Assembly (NCBI GenBank): GCA_038087875.1
Contig: CM075991.1
Span: 4,712,001 to 4,776,000 of the forward strand
Source of the DNA: Malacoraja senta
Taxonomy: Eukaryota
Length of the DNA stretch: 64,000 bases
Reading direction: 5' to 3'
Position numbers and translations under genes: made by a program. Below, piece by piece: positions 1 to 12,466 of the stretch. How positions within the stretch are numbered: position 1 is the stretch's first letter; every line of letters starts with the position of its first letter. A model generated the notes under the pieces. The model was not told the origin of the DNA, ran no database searches, and worked only from the letters and a program-made list of their open reading frames with translations.

Positions 1-1129
1 TTGCTTTTCTGACAATTATTTATGCAATTGTTTCTCTTTCGCTATTCATCCCATTTTGTTTTTGAGTCTGCCACCCCATCTCAGATATTCGATTAAGCTT
101 TGGGTAAATCTATGCTTTTCTACATCATGGTTCACCATCTATTTTCTTTTGTCTAACTGCCACCTTGGTTTAATGCCAGCTTTGCTTGATGGAGGATGAG
201 TTTCATTTTTAAAGAACAGGATGTTCTATTATATTTTTCAAAATCTTTTACAAAATATATTGCAAACCTAACAAAAAAAAAGTTTTTTATCTGTGTATTA
301 GAAGGAAATATTCAACTTCCCATAATCATGGTGTCAGGGTATGTGGCATCAACTTGATGCATTCCATGACTGAAAATTTATCTTCAAGAACTATGTAATT
401 AAAATACAGATTGACATCTGGTAGTATTATTTAGTCAATAATTTTATTTGAATTTAAATTGAATGGAAAACTGTGCAAAGGAGGAATTGTCCTGAGGGCT
501 AGAAACTTTGTTTTTATCTTTAAAGGGTTTACCTTTGGATCAGGAAGTAGAAAGGATGTTGGCTTGTCTTCGAGAGCACCTTCTCTTGTTTTCCTTGTTC
601 CTCAGCCAGACGTGTAATTAATTAAAGATTAAATTGATTTGGACCTTGTATAAGCTTATCACATCTCCAATTAAAGTTGGGCTTTAATTTCAAATGAACC
701 ATTGTTACCTTCTGACTTGAGATTTAAGCATGCAACCTGTCTGGTCTGGCTCATTACAGTTTAAAATCCCAGTGTACTTGAAGTCACTATGTAATTAATT
801 CATTGTTTCCTGTCGGTGTACTTGAAGGAAATTCTAGAAATGACCAGAGCTACAAAACATCATAAATCTGGCGGCTGTTATTTCACTTTCAATGCTGAAA
901 ATGGAAATTAGTTTGGCTCTATTTTGCCTCTTTTCTATTTATTGTATCAGTTTTTCGATGGGATTTTGGATGGTGATTTGTATTCTTCAGAAAAGGACAC
1001 CAATGATAACTGCTAATTTCCTCAATTATTAGTTAATGAGATATTTGTGGACCATGACCCCACTGCTGCACATCAGGGCAATGTTTTGCAGGCAGTCGCC
1101 TACCTAATTTTTCTCTGGAGATTTTCATT

Positions 1130-2400
1130 CTTCAGCTTCCAGCCTTATCACCCAACCACAATCAACTTGCTCTGACTTCTGCAAGATCCACAGGCAGGAC
1201 TGCCTCACAGACCTGTTGTTTCAGGGTTTTCTTGTCACATGGAACTTTTCTTTGGACCTTGATTTTATTTTTTCTTCCTTCTGATCCTGTTTGTATCTGA
1301 CTGTTCTGTTGACCTTCATTATCAATTTCTTGTTCCAGCTGCCTCATTTTTAATCATGGGTGACAAATCCTTTCTGCATTCACAACCAGGGTGCCTTCAT
1401 TGTTTTTGCTTTTCATTGAACAGACGCCCCTACCAGTTTAATTTTTACCATCACCCTCCTTCATCTGAATAAACCTATGTCCACAATGAACAAATTATTT
1501 GACTTCACTCACTTTATTAAACTCTTCCATCCCTTTTTTTAAAACAACTTCTCCACCTGCATCTCAGATAAAAGGTAAATGACCATATCCTTTATACGTC
1601 CGCAGACTTTCATAGGTATGTTGATTACACTCCATCCACCCTGCTTCCTGAAGGGTTTTATTCCTTCTCAGTCTCTGGCTCAGTTGAATCTCTTCTTGTG
1701 ATGTTACCTTCAAAGATATCTTTTTCTTAATTGTGGCTTTCATCCACCATAGGTACCATGCTCCATTTGCTGTGATTCTGCTGTCACTCTCTTCCCAACC
1801 TAGTAGGGGTTTCCTTGACCTTCTCTTCCACCACAACACTCTGCAGATTCAATAGATTCTCCTCTTTAGTTACTGCCATACTCAATTAATGTCACCACTA
1901 AACTGATATTTCCCTCCTCTGTCCTCTCCTTTAAGCATTCTTGAGGGACCCTACCCTCCATGGGCTTCATTCTTTAATTCTCATCAATACCCATCCTCTT
2001 CTGTCAGCAACTTCACACATGGCTGCAGGAGAGGCAACAATAGTATATTTACTTATTCTTCTTCCATCATTCTGGGACCTAAACATTTATTTCAAGTGAA
2101 GCAGTGATTCATATGCATTTCTCCCACTGGTGCTTACAGTGTGGTTTCCACAACATCGGAAAAATCAAATGCAGACTGGATGATATTGCTTCACATAATA
2201 CTCCAATACAGTCTTCAGGGGTTGTTGTGACATTCCAGATGTCTGACACATTAATTCTCCATATTATTCCCACTCTAAGATCTGTTATGGTTTCTTATAT
2301 GCTCCAGTGAAAGTTAATGTATGCTAGAGAAACAGCATCACATCCTCTGACTAGACACATTACATCTCTAGATTGAATTCAATAATTTCACAAAACCAAT
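1130..2400 (+). mobile_element. Highly degenerate Penelope-like retroelement remnant (RT C-terminal part and GIY-YIG endonuclease)
   Basis: Around 2080-2180 it reads GPKHLFQVKQ...CLQCGFHNIGKIKCRLDD, a decayed form of the CSRCQLIYIGETKRRLGD motif of the younger copy at 29513-30054. Region 1630-1700 resembles the Penelope SHP..C..SIPFSQFLRL segment. Many stops; boundaries approximate. Confidence 0.55.
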
Positions 2401-2828
2401 CTTTCCAAATTGTATCTGGTTTGCATAGTTCTAGTGGTCTACCTTTACAAGTTGATGATTTTTGTTTCTCTCAGCCAACGTTGCCTAACCAGTTGACATT
2501 TCCAGCATTCTCTTTTAATTCACTTTTTTCATCAAATGTAGTGTTTTGTTTCTCATTGTTGCCACACTTTTCCTTTTGCCCTGTCCTACTCATCAAATTC
2601 TATTTACAACTTCTCCAGGCAGATCACCAAACCCTCAGCTCTTTCTCAACTGGCAATAACACCATCTGTGTCATTTTGTCCTTGTTAAAAGCCTGTCAAA
2701 GATTCTCTCTCTTCACCCTCCCTCATATTTACAATGCAAAACATCTTGATTCTAATTTTTGCTCATTCTAATGTGGTCAATGACCAGAAAGGTTAACTTT
2801 ATTACTCCTTCCTGTGATGCGCTGCGTA

Positions 2829-3196
2829 CAGTGCATTCAGAAAGTATTCAGACCCTTTCACCTTTTCAACATTTTGTTACATTACAGCCTTATTTTAAAA
2901 TGGATTAAATTCTTTTTTTTTTACCATCAATCTACACACAATACCCCAGAATGAAGAAGCGAAAACAGGTGTTTAGAAATGTTTGCAAAGTAATTAAAAA
3001 TAAATAACTGTAATATTTTAGTAATATTTCTTTTTAATTACTTTGCAAAAATTTCAAAACATCTGTTTTGCTTAATTCTGGGGTATTGTGTGTAGATGGA
3101 TGATTAAAAAAATGAATTTCATCCATTTTAGAATAAGGCTGTAACGTAACAAAATGCGGAAAAGTGAAGGGGTCTGAATACTTTCTGAATGCACTG
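2829..3196. mobile_element. Non-autonomous Tc1/mariner MITE
   Basis: Starts CAGTGCATTCAGAAAGTATTCAGACCC and ends GGGTCTGAATACTTTCTGAATGCACTG. Imperfect inverted arms of about 175 bp with a short spacer; TA on both sides (2827-2828, 3197-3198); no transposase. Confidence 0.92.
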
Positions 3197-3842
3197 TATT
3201 TCCAGTATTTTCTTTTTTCTTTTAGATTTCTAGGATCTGCAGTTTTTGTCTTATTATTATGGCCGTGGAAAGTGGCTTGTTTACAGTGACTTGAAAGTAA
3301 AATAATCTATTTTAGAGATGGCTTATAATGATTGGCATGAATAGCAACGAATAATGTTTAAATACAGGCTGGTCTCAGATATTGTGCAGTACAGCACTTT
3401 AGATTAATGTTCCAATTTCTTATAATTCTTCGTTCTTTATTGCTTGCACCATCACTTTATTTATAGGACCAATTTTATTCTATTCATTCATGAATGGAAC
3501 ATAATGGGTCCTTCCAGGGTAAAGTGTAGGCAGTTGGATGCTGATGCCAAATGTCACACTTTATTTACTTGTGCTGGTCTTGAGGCATATTGGGCTGTGA
3601 AATAATTAATGAACAACACTATTAAATATTTTCTCCTTCAGACAAAAATAGATTATGTCTGATGACTTAAGAATATATATCATTATAGCTTGCTGGACTA
3701 AGCAAATGTGTTTGTGTATATTCGGTATATATTATCCATTCATTCAAGAATAAAGTATGTACAATTTATATTCATTCAAGAATGTTGGTTTATACCAGCA
3801 TGTTATGTGATATAATTCTTCAGTCATCATAATTATTTTATG

Positions 3843-4897
3843 GACAATAGACAATAGGTGCAGGAGTAGGCCATTCGGCCCTTTGAGCCAGCACCGCCAT
3901 TCAATGTGATCATGGCTGATCATCCCCAATCAGTACCCCGTTCCTGCCTTCTCCCCATATCCCCTAACTCCGCTATTTCTGGTCTACTTTTTTTGTTTTT
4001 TTAATATGTTTTAATGTATGTTTTTAATGTTTCTTTGTGTGTCTTGTGTGGGGGGTGGTGTGGGGGGGGGTAAGGGGAAACCGCTTCGGTCGCCTCCTCC
4101 ACGGAGAGGCGACTTTTTCCATGTCGCCTCCCCCGTGGCCTAACATCAAGGATTGGTGCGGCTTTTCCCGGAGACGCGCACTCTCGGCGTGGAGCGGGCG
4201 AGCACTCGCCGGGGCTCGCCGGAGGGGAGCGTTCCGTTTCGCTGGCCTGAAGCTGCAGTCTGCAGAGCTCCAGCTGGCGCGGCGTCCGCAGCCTGGGATC
4301 CCTCGTTGGGGACCTGGGAGAAGAAGAAGCCACCACCGCCGGCCCGCGGCCTACTTCAACCGCGGGCGCGGCGGCAACTTACCATCAGGAGCGGGGTCCC
4401 TCGCCGGGGACCCCTGGAGGGGAGCTTCAACCGCCGGCCCTGCAGTCTGCGGTGCTTCTGGCTGCGGCGTGGCGGGAACTTTAAATCTTTGACCGCCGGC
4501 CTGCGGCCTACACCAACCTGAAGCTGCGGTCTCCGGTCGGGGAGTCACCGTTTCAGGACTTACCTGGACTTTCATACATCTGGATGCCCGCAGCTGCGGC
4601 TGCGGAGGGTTGAGGTCCCGACCACAGGGGAAAATGGAGGAGGACTGGTCAAATTTTGTGCCTTCCATCACAGTGATGAATGCTGTGGTGGATGTTTGTG
4701 TTAAATTTTTATTGTGTTTTTGTGTGTTCTTTTTCATTGCACCGCTGCTGCAAATTCATTTCTCTTGCACTTTATGTGCAAGTGACGAATAAAACATTGA
4801 TTGATTGATTGATTTTAAGAGCCCTATCTAGCTCTCTCTTGAAAACATCCAGAGAACCTGCCTCCACTGCCCTCTGAGGCAGAGAATTCCACAGACT
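3843..4897 (-). mobile_element. CR1-family (HER1-like) LINE 3' end, split by an insertion at 3979-4811
   Basis: Segments 3843-3978 and 4812-4897 join to match the uninterrupted copy at 30510-30730 (ccgctattt|ttaagagccctatctagc). Confidence 0.85.
3979..4811 (+). mobile_element. GC/CpG-rich non-coding retroposon with Rex1/Babar-like 3' tail
   Basis: Interrupts a CR1 copy. Ends in hairpin CTTGCAC-tttat-GTGCAAG, then AATAAA and (ATTG)n. Its 5' core is homologous to 34098-34905. Confidence 0.65.
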
Positions 4898-5943
4898 ATC
4901 ATTTCTATCATTTATAATGTTTACCAACTTGCAGTGAATTTGCAATTACAATTAGGAAATATAATAATACTTTTTCAGTTGCCCTTAAAATGATTACCAG
5001 GTATTTTCCCATGACACTCCCCCACTTCTCTTTCTCTTTCTTCTCAAGACAGTAATCGGTTCTGCAACAGAACTGCACAGGTTGAAGCAGTCTAAATCCA
5101 CTTTTCTTTATGACTATTCCTCAGATCAAGACCAAGCCTAATTCTATCATATAATTTTATAAAGTCCATTCAAATTTCTTCCTGAACATAATGTGATAAT
5201 CAAAAGATTTGGGAATCATGGTTATCATGTTGAATACGATTTTAAACACGTCAGGTCTGAAGTCTTCAGAAACATGTTCAAGAGTCTATGAGCTTATTCT
5301 TGCTTTTGAAATTGTGAATTTTTGAACAACTTCCAAGAAGATGTGGATTAACATTCATATTTGTCTGATGGTGCCATTTTAAAACAGAAGGTAGAAAATT
5401 ATTATTGCACAATACCACATATTTCAGATCAAAAGCGTGACCTGGTATACCTGCTGTAATAAAACGACTTTCACAGCTCACAGATTGCTTCAGTTGATGC
5501 TAATTGGTGTTGCCTTGTGACACATTTGTTCATTTAATTTGTCATGTGAGTAGTGCCAAAGCTGGCAGTGTATCTAAGAGTCAAAAGGCTCTTCTTTCCT
5601 TTTTGCTGCTGATACTAATAATTCTCAAGTATGAGTGGCAGATGTATATTCAAGAAGAAAAATTGTACTCGTGAATTGATGCCAATCAGAAATTTTACCT
5701 TGTGGACGTTCGAAGGATCTATTCTGAGTGATATTTTGACACCAGCTTTCGTTATTGAGTATTACTGCAGGTTATTCCTTTATACCCTATTTTCCCCCAG
5801 TTAATTGACAGTTAATTTTGAAAGAATTATTCAAAGTAAGATTTCATGCTGTCCTGAAACATATGAAATTGTCTTCTGTGTTTGTAATACAATTCCTATT
5901 AATTAGTTTCAAGGTAACAATCAAGATATACATTAGATTTAAA

Positions 5944-6163
5944 GGTAGACAAAAATGCTGGAGAAACTCAGCGGGTGAGGCAGCATCTATGGAGCGATGG
6001 AAATAGGCGACGTTTCCGGACGAGACCCTTCTTCAGACTGAAGAAGGGTCTCGACCCGAAACATCGCCTATTTCCTTCACTCCATAGATGCTGCCTCACC
6101 CTCTGAGTTTCGGCAGCATTTTTGACTACCTTCGATTTTCCAGCATCTGCAGTTCCTTCTTAA
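5944..6163. mobile_element. Palindromic Penelope pLTR-derived element with two opposed hammerhead-like motifs
   Basis: 95-bp inverted arms centred on 6037; 14-bp direct repeat ACATTAGATTTAAA at 5930-5943 and 6164-6177. Confidence 0.85.
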
Positions 6164-7365
6164 ACATTAGATTTAAAAGTTTCCTTAGCCCTGACTTAAT
6201 ATTCCTGACTTGTACATTACATTTCCAACCCTTCTCACCTTACCAAGCAATGGGATGTAATACAAAATGGTACAGTGATGGGTTGATGGCTTACTAATTA
6301 TTAACACTAAAAAACTCCAGTTTTTTCCATTCTCCAAGAGTTTGGTGGTCTTACACATCATTTTTGCTTATTCATAAGGAAACTGAGATGTTGCATTTAA
6401 TATTTTCCATAATCAAAATTCATTCTTGGAGACAGTTTCCAGATTGGATACTGTCATTCTAAAATAGCATTTTGTGAGAGATAGTTAAGACTTAAATTGT
6501 GTTTTTATTTGAACATTTCTTGCAAATCAGCCTATTATTTAATAGTATTGACATCTGTAAGTTTTTTTATGTTTAACTGACATGATATTTATTATGATTT
6601 GAACAAGAGCTTCACAGATTTATTTACAAAAACAGGTTGTAAAGGTGTAAAGTCAAGCTAATATAAAAATAGCTTTTTCTTTTATTCTCTGGTTGCATAT
6701 TGCAGTTAAATGTATTAAGTAACTCAATGTGTTAGTGTCCTCCAATGTACATTGTAATTTGCATCCAATTTATCAATCATTACAATGCATCTGCCAATCT
6801 GGCTTCGTAGGATCATGTAGGTATAAAGAAAAGTATTTTGAATAAATCCTGCATTTTAAGTACGTTTTGCTATTTAGCTTGATTTCCTTTGTTACTATTA
6901 AAAAAAATTTCTAATCTCTTTGGTAAAAGTCACGCCATTTGTTCATGATTGAGTGGATTTTCTGTAGTGTCATTACAAGTATTTGTATTGTGATTGAGGC
7001 CACAGAACTATATGAAATGACAAGGTCCTTGCAGAGTGTCACGTTGCAAAGGCATGGTTGCAATGCCACAAAAATGGAATGATTCATCTTTGTGCTCAGT
7101 CATTGAATATATGCGTGATCAGTGTTTATGTGTGTGGGGGGGGGGGGGGGTTAGCAAACTGGTGGAGTAAGTGACAAAGACTAGAGATGATTAACGAGAC
7201 ACCAGGTGTAAGATGAGTGAAAATATAAAGCCAGAGGGAGGGACAACCATTTGTAATTCTCAGTTTCAAAAGGACTATGAACACATTGAGTATATTTAAA
7301 GTTGAACCGTAGATGTTTGGACACTAACTACCCCCCTTCTTTGGCAGTAACAGATTTAGGCTAGA

Positions 7366-7655
7366 GTTTAGTTTCATTTAGAGATACAGCGTGGAAACAG
7401 GCCCTTTGGCCCACTGTGTCCATGCCGACCAGCGATCACCCATACACTAGTTCTATCCTACACACTAAGGACAATTTACAGAAGCCAGTTAACCCATAAA
7501 CCTGCACGTCTTTGGAATGTGGGAGGAAATTGGACCACCTGGAGAAAACCCATGCGGTCACAGGGAGAATGTACAAACTCCGTACAGACAACACCTATAG
7601 TCAGAATCAAACCCATGTCTCTGGCGCTGTAGGGGTGCAACTCTACTGCTGCCAT
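7366..7655 (-). mobile_element. tRNA-derived V-SINE (HE1-like)
   Basis: Reverse complement has a tRNA-like head, the central gtttgtacattctccctgtgaccgcatggg domain, and a CR1-type tail gggcctgtttccacgctgtatctctaaa. Homologous to 20739-21060. Confidence 0.85.
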
Positions 7656-9324
7656 GGTAGAGCACTTTGGAGCACGAAAAACACTAGAGAAGTGTCTCTT
7701 CAGTCATGTCACTCCACTGAGCTTTCAACCTACAATGCTATCCTAATATCATGGGAAACTTAAACATTCAATCACCAATAAACCAGTAAGTATTGATGAT
7801 TATCATAACTATGTGTGTTCATTTAGCTGCTGAATGCTAGGGTTCTCTTTTTGTGTTTAAAACGTTTTGCTGTTTTGCTATCGCCAACCTTCTTAATTCT
7901 GGGGTAGATGAGTGTTATCCATATTACCATTTCTCCCACTCTAATGAAAGGCATGCATTGAGTTGTGCACATAAGTAGCTCGTACAATTTGTACAGAACT
8001 CTATATGACACTGCCCTTGTACTTGCACAATCTCAATGCAATCTATGAATTAATGGCACTTAAACTTTAGTATTATGTTGTATGTAGAACTTTGACTAAC
8101 TTTCCTCCGTACCTCGACTTTCTAACACTAGGTGTTTTTCTGGAGGTTTATTCGCATGATCCCTGTATCCAGTTTCTCCCTCAAACACAAGCTTTTCAAA
8201 TATTGATTGGGGAAAAAAAAAAACTTCTTTTGATTTTTCTCCTGACTTATGAACAGTTCTGAGCATGAGATGAGTGCTTAATTTCTGGCCTGAAGGGTTG
8301 GCAGTCTTACCTGAAACACAGCATCTGGGCATGGCAATAAGCCTGCTTATCATCTGTTTTCCTCCGTTACTGCTGCTTGTACTTGCTAATCTTTACTCTG
8401 GCTGTTTGGTTTGGATGGTGTTTCCTAATTGTGAGTCTACATCTCAGCAGAATGGAGTGATATTCCACGAATTCATGCTTGCTCCAGATACGGCGAATCA
8501 CATTGTGTGGTGCGAAATGGATGTTCCCACAAACTCTGACTCTGCTAGTTGCTGTTTTCAGATGTATCTATGGTAACACAATAAGAAGCATTTATTGCTT
8601 TCAGCAACATGCGCCTTGTATTGCACTCAACTGACACAATAGCACAAATGAGAATTTCATTGGTGTTGAGATCCTAACCTTGTACTGTCAGGCTATATGT
8701 TTGATAGAGTAAATAAAGCGAAATTGTTTCCAGTTGCAAAAGGGTCAGCTAGCAGAAGACATGGATTAAAGATGATTGGCAAAAGAACCTGCGGTAAGAC
8801 GAAGCTCTTTATTTAGTGACAAGTTACTATGATCCAGAATACTTTCTGAAAGATTAGGTGAACCAGATTCAGTAGTGGCACTCAAAAGGGAATTGGATGT
8901 CGAAGTTCAAATGGGAAAAAAAATTGCAGGGCTGCGGGGAGAAAATATGGAGGAAAGATAGAGTGAGGAAATTAGATTTTCTTTTTCAAAATAGGCAGCA
9001 TGGGCACAATTGGAAGAATTTCCCCTTTCTGCGTACTTTGCACAGTGTAACACTGTTAGACAGTATTTAGTTTTTTGTATGCTAAAAAGGGCCGGTATGC
9101 ACGATTAATAAACATACATGTTATGTAGCTGAAAAGATAAAATAATGACATTTAACTTTTTGGAGATGCTGAAATGCCATACCATCACCAAGAAAGCTCT
9201 GGTTATAAGGATACAAATTGGATGTTTCAATTAGCCATAAAAGTTTGAGATCTATTTTTGTCAAATTCTGTCTGTATCAAAGAACCAAAGTTAAAGCTGG
9301 AACAATATTCTTTTGGAAATCCAG

Positions 9325-9858
9325 TGAAGAAAGTGAAAGGCATGTTGGCCTTCATAGTGAGAGGATTTGAGTATAGGGGCAAGTCCTACTGCAGTTGTAT
9401 AGGGCCCTGGTGAGACAACACCTGGAGTATTGTTCTCCTAATTTGAGCAACGACATTCTTGCTATTGAGGGAGTGCAGCGTAGGTTCACAAGGTTAATTC
9501 CCGGGATGGCGGGACTGACATATGATGAAACAATGGATCAACTGGGCTTATATTCACTGGAAATTATAAAGGTTGAGAAGGGATCTTATAGAAATATATA
9601 AAATTCTTAAGGGATTGGACAGGCTAGATCAGGAAAAATGTTGGAGGAGTCCAGAACCAGGGGTCACTGTTTAAGAATAAGGGGTAGGCCATTTAGGACT
9701 GAGATGAGGAGGAATTTTTCACCCAGAGAGTTGTGAATCTGGAATTCTCTGTCACAGAAGGCAGTGGAGGCCAATTCACTGGATGTTTTCTAGAGAGTTA
9801 GATAGAGCTCCGCGGGCTAACGGAATCAAGGGATATGTGGAGAAAGCAGGAACGGGGG
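9325..9858 (+). mobile_element. CR1-family (HER1-like) LINE fragment, RT C-terminus
   Basis: ORF 9395-9601 YRALVRQHLEY...AIEGVQRRFTRLIPGM, homologous to 30878-31408. Confidence 0.9.
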
Positions 9859-10680
9859 ATGGTTGACCTCAGAGTCTATGTCAGCTTTTAAGGAAAGAAT
9901 GCGGCCAAGGTAGGGAAAGTCGTCAACGTTTTCAAGAGTGGTGTCATCCATTTTTACAGTGGGCTGGGTAGACGACTGGTTGGGTGGAGGTTGATGTAGG
10001 ACCTGGGTCTTCTTGATGTTTAAGGCTAGGCCCATGACTCTGTATGCCTTGGAAAAGGCATTCAGGATGCCTGGAGGTCTTCTGTGAAGTGTGCTGCAAT
10101 GGCGCAGTCATCCACGTACTGAAGCTCCATGATGGCGGTGTTACTGACTTTGCTCTTGGCTTCCCAACCTAAGGTCGAACAGCCCACCGTCAGTTCTGTA
10201 GAGGATTGGGATCCCCTGTGGCAGGTCTTCACCAATGAGGTGAAGTATGGCAGGAATGAAGACAACAAACAGAGTGGGTGCGATGATGCATCCCTGTTTG
10301 ACCCCCGTATCCACAGTGAAGGGCTTGGATTCAGAGCCACAGTTGCTAAGCACTGCGACCGACATGCCATCATGTAGAAGCCTCAATATTCTGATGTACT
10401 TGTCGTGGCAACCGTACCTTGATAGTATGCTCCAAAGTGCCTGGCGGTTTACTGAGTCAAAAGCCTTTGTCGGGTCTATGAAGGCCATGTACAAAAGCTG
10501 CCTTTGTTCACGGCATTTTTCCTGTAGTTGGCATGCTGTGACTATCATGTCTGCTGTACCTCTGGATGGGCGGAAGCCACACTATGATTCTGGGAGTACC
10601 TCCTCAGACAGTGAGGTAGAAGACGGTTTGCGAGGGCACGAGCAAGGACTTTGCCCGTTGTTGACAGGAGCAAGATGCCA
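9859..10680 (-). mobile_element. RTE-clade LINE reverse transcriptase fragment (frameshifted)
   Basis: QLQEKCREQ..LYMAFID.TKAFDSVNR, TGVKQGCIIAPTLF, ELQYVDDCA and GLALNIKKT..LENVDDFPYLG lie across ORFs 10141-10548, 10062-10373 and 9826-10035. Confidence 0.9.
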
Positions 10681-11039
10681 ATAAAATGTGTAATGTCCCT
10701 TAGACAGTTGGAATAAATCAACTATCCAAATAAGAAATCATCATCTCAACTTTCATGACCAATTACTCACTTACCAAACTTTAGGATAAATTATGTAAAA
10801 ATGGTGTGACCAAATTATTTCTTTCATTAGTAAAATGAAAATCACAAAATTGCATATACTGGAATTCTGGAATAAAAAATGTTAACTGTTTCTCTTTCCA
10901 TAGATGTCCCTAGACCTACTTATTTCCAACATTAAAAATCATTTCAAAAGGTTGTTAGCACAACCACATCTGCCTCAATGGATTAAAATGGAACTAAAAG
11001 CATGTGTATACTATACAAGTTGGAAAGTTTAAACATTCT

Positions 11040-11474
11040 CCACTTTGTGCAGTTGATGCATATTCTGACACATTTTTCCCCTCCACGCAGGTTCACTAAA
11101 GATTTCATCCTATATTTCACAGGATATTGACGATTCAAGTTTTAAAAAAAGGCAAAAAACGATTCTCACACACAGCTTTTTTCCAGGACTTTCCATTGAT
11201 GATGTCACAATCCCACTCACAGTGCACCAATTACAATGGGCTCTCAAGCTGCCGAGTGCCACACCCCTGCCCCCTTCCCCCCCACCCCCCCACGGGTTGA
11301 TTAAAGTTTCAAAAGAAGCCCAAACCACCTTTTAACAGCTTCCAGTGACGTTATAATGCCACCACCCCCCCAACGGTATAGTGAACAGAATATTCCACCA
11401 CCTTCCAGTGACGTCAGGGGGAGGGCCTCTTTTCAAAAACAGCTTCATCAGCTCCCCGTCTGCACTCAGTCTAG
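11040..11474 (+). mobile_element. Possible degenerate non-autonomous Helitron-like element
   Basis: Ends ...actcagtCTAGt like the other Helitron-like copies. Shares tatatttcaca..tattgac, tgatgtcacaat and aatattccacca blocks with 53765-54700. 5' boundary uncertain. Confidence 0.4.
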
Positions 11475-12150
11475 TCAACAATTAAATCAGATCTTTCATA
11501 TTTCATTATGTTTAATTAATACAAGATTGCCTATTTGAGTTGCATAAAATCACCTGCGTTAGCCAGCCTCCCATTTAGCTGGTGGTTGTTGTACTCCACC
11601 TAATGTTAGAAGAGCATTTCAGAACTGCCTCATGCCGACTAACTTCACATACCAGATTGCAGAAAGGCAGCATTATGCTGTGATTATATAAGTATCAGAA
11701 CTAGACCCCCAAATCTAATGTATGAAAAGAAAACCCTATTTATGATTCTGGTAAATAGTAGATGAAAGATAACAATTATGATGACTGTTGTACATCTTGT
11801 ATCTGGCTGGTATGATATGTACTGTACGCTGGGAACTGTGTGCTCCACATCGCTCAAGACTTTTAGGACAAAATATTAGGACAAACCAGCAAGATCTGCA
11901 TCTATTTAAACTGCAGAAGATAAACTAGAGAAATTTTAAATATTTGGTATGATGCTTCTTTTTGTTAAGCAAAGTTATGAGAGGCTAGGAAAGAAAAGGA
12001 GATAAGATGGAGTTGACAGATCATCTTTGATCTAATAAGCGAGTTCAATATTTCAACTGCACATGCCCAGGTCATAGGTCACTCGGGAAAACCATTCTCG
12101 CCAGCTGAGCTGCTGCGTGTGTACGGACCAGCGTATTCATTTCAATGAGA

Positions 12151-12466
12151 TCTATTTTATTCTATACATAACTAAAACTGATCTTGTGCTCTTCAGGTTT
12201 TGCGTTTATTTCTATTTGCGCAAAAATGGTACGCAACAGCGCTACGATTTTTGCCACCTTACCCACCATTCTCCTGTGCTACAAGGGCAACAAGTTTTGT
12301 TCCAATCGATGGTATATTTTAAAAGTTAAGGTTTTAAAATCTTTAAAATCTCGCATGCGCAGATTGGTCTCCTCTCCTGTCAATCTCCGCAATGCAGATT
12401 GGTCCCTTCTCCTGTCAGTTGCTGGGACAGTGACGCCTCTTCGTGCACCATCGCCGCACCAGCCTT
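12151..12466 (+). mobile_element. Non-autonomous Helitron-like element, 5' part
   Basis: Starts with TCTAT...TCTATACATAACTAAAA. Body (gcgctacgatttttgccaccttac...caagttttgttccaatcgatggtatatttt) is homologous to 35300-35570 and 54000-54215. 3' terminus not seen. Confidence 0.6.

Noticed and set aside
4001..4737. Overlapping 110-150 aa ORFs on both strands (similar clusters at 34191-34889, 35452-36259 and 50743-51239)
   Set aside because: They lie in GC-rich repeats where stops are rare; no recognisable domains or splice structure.
5631..5770. Short ATG-initiated frame ending TGCAG/GT, considered as an upstream PEBP4 exon
   Set aside because: No similarity to the PEBP4 N-terminus and a weak donor site.
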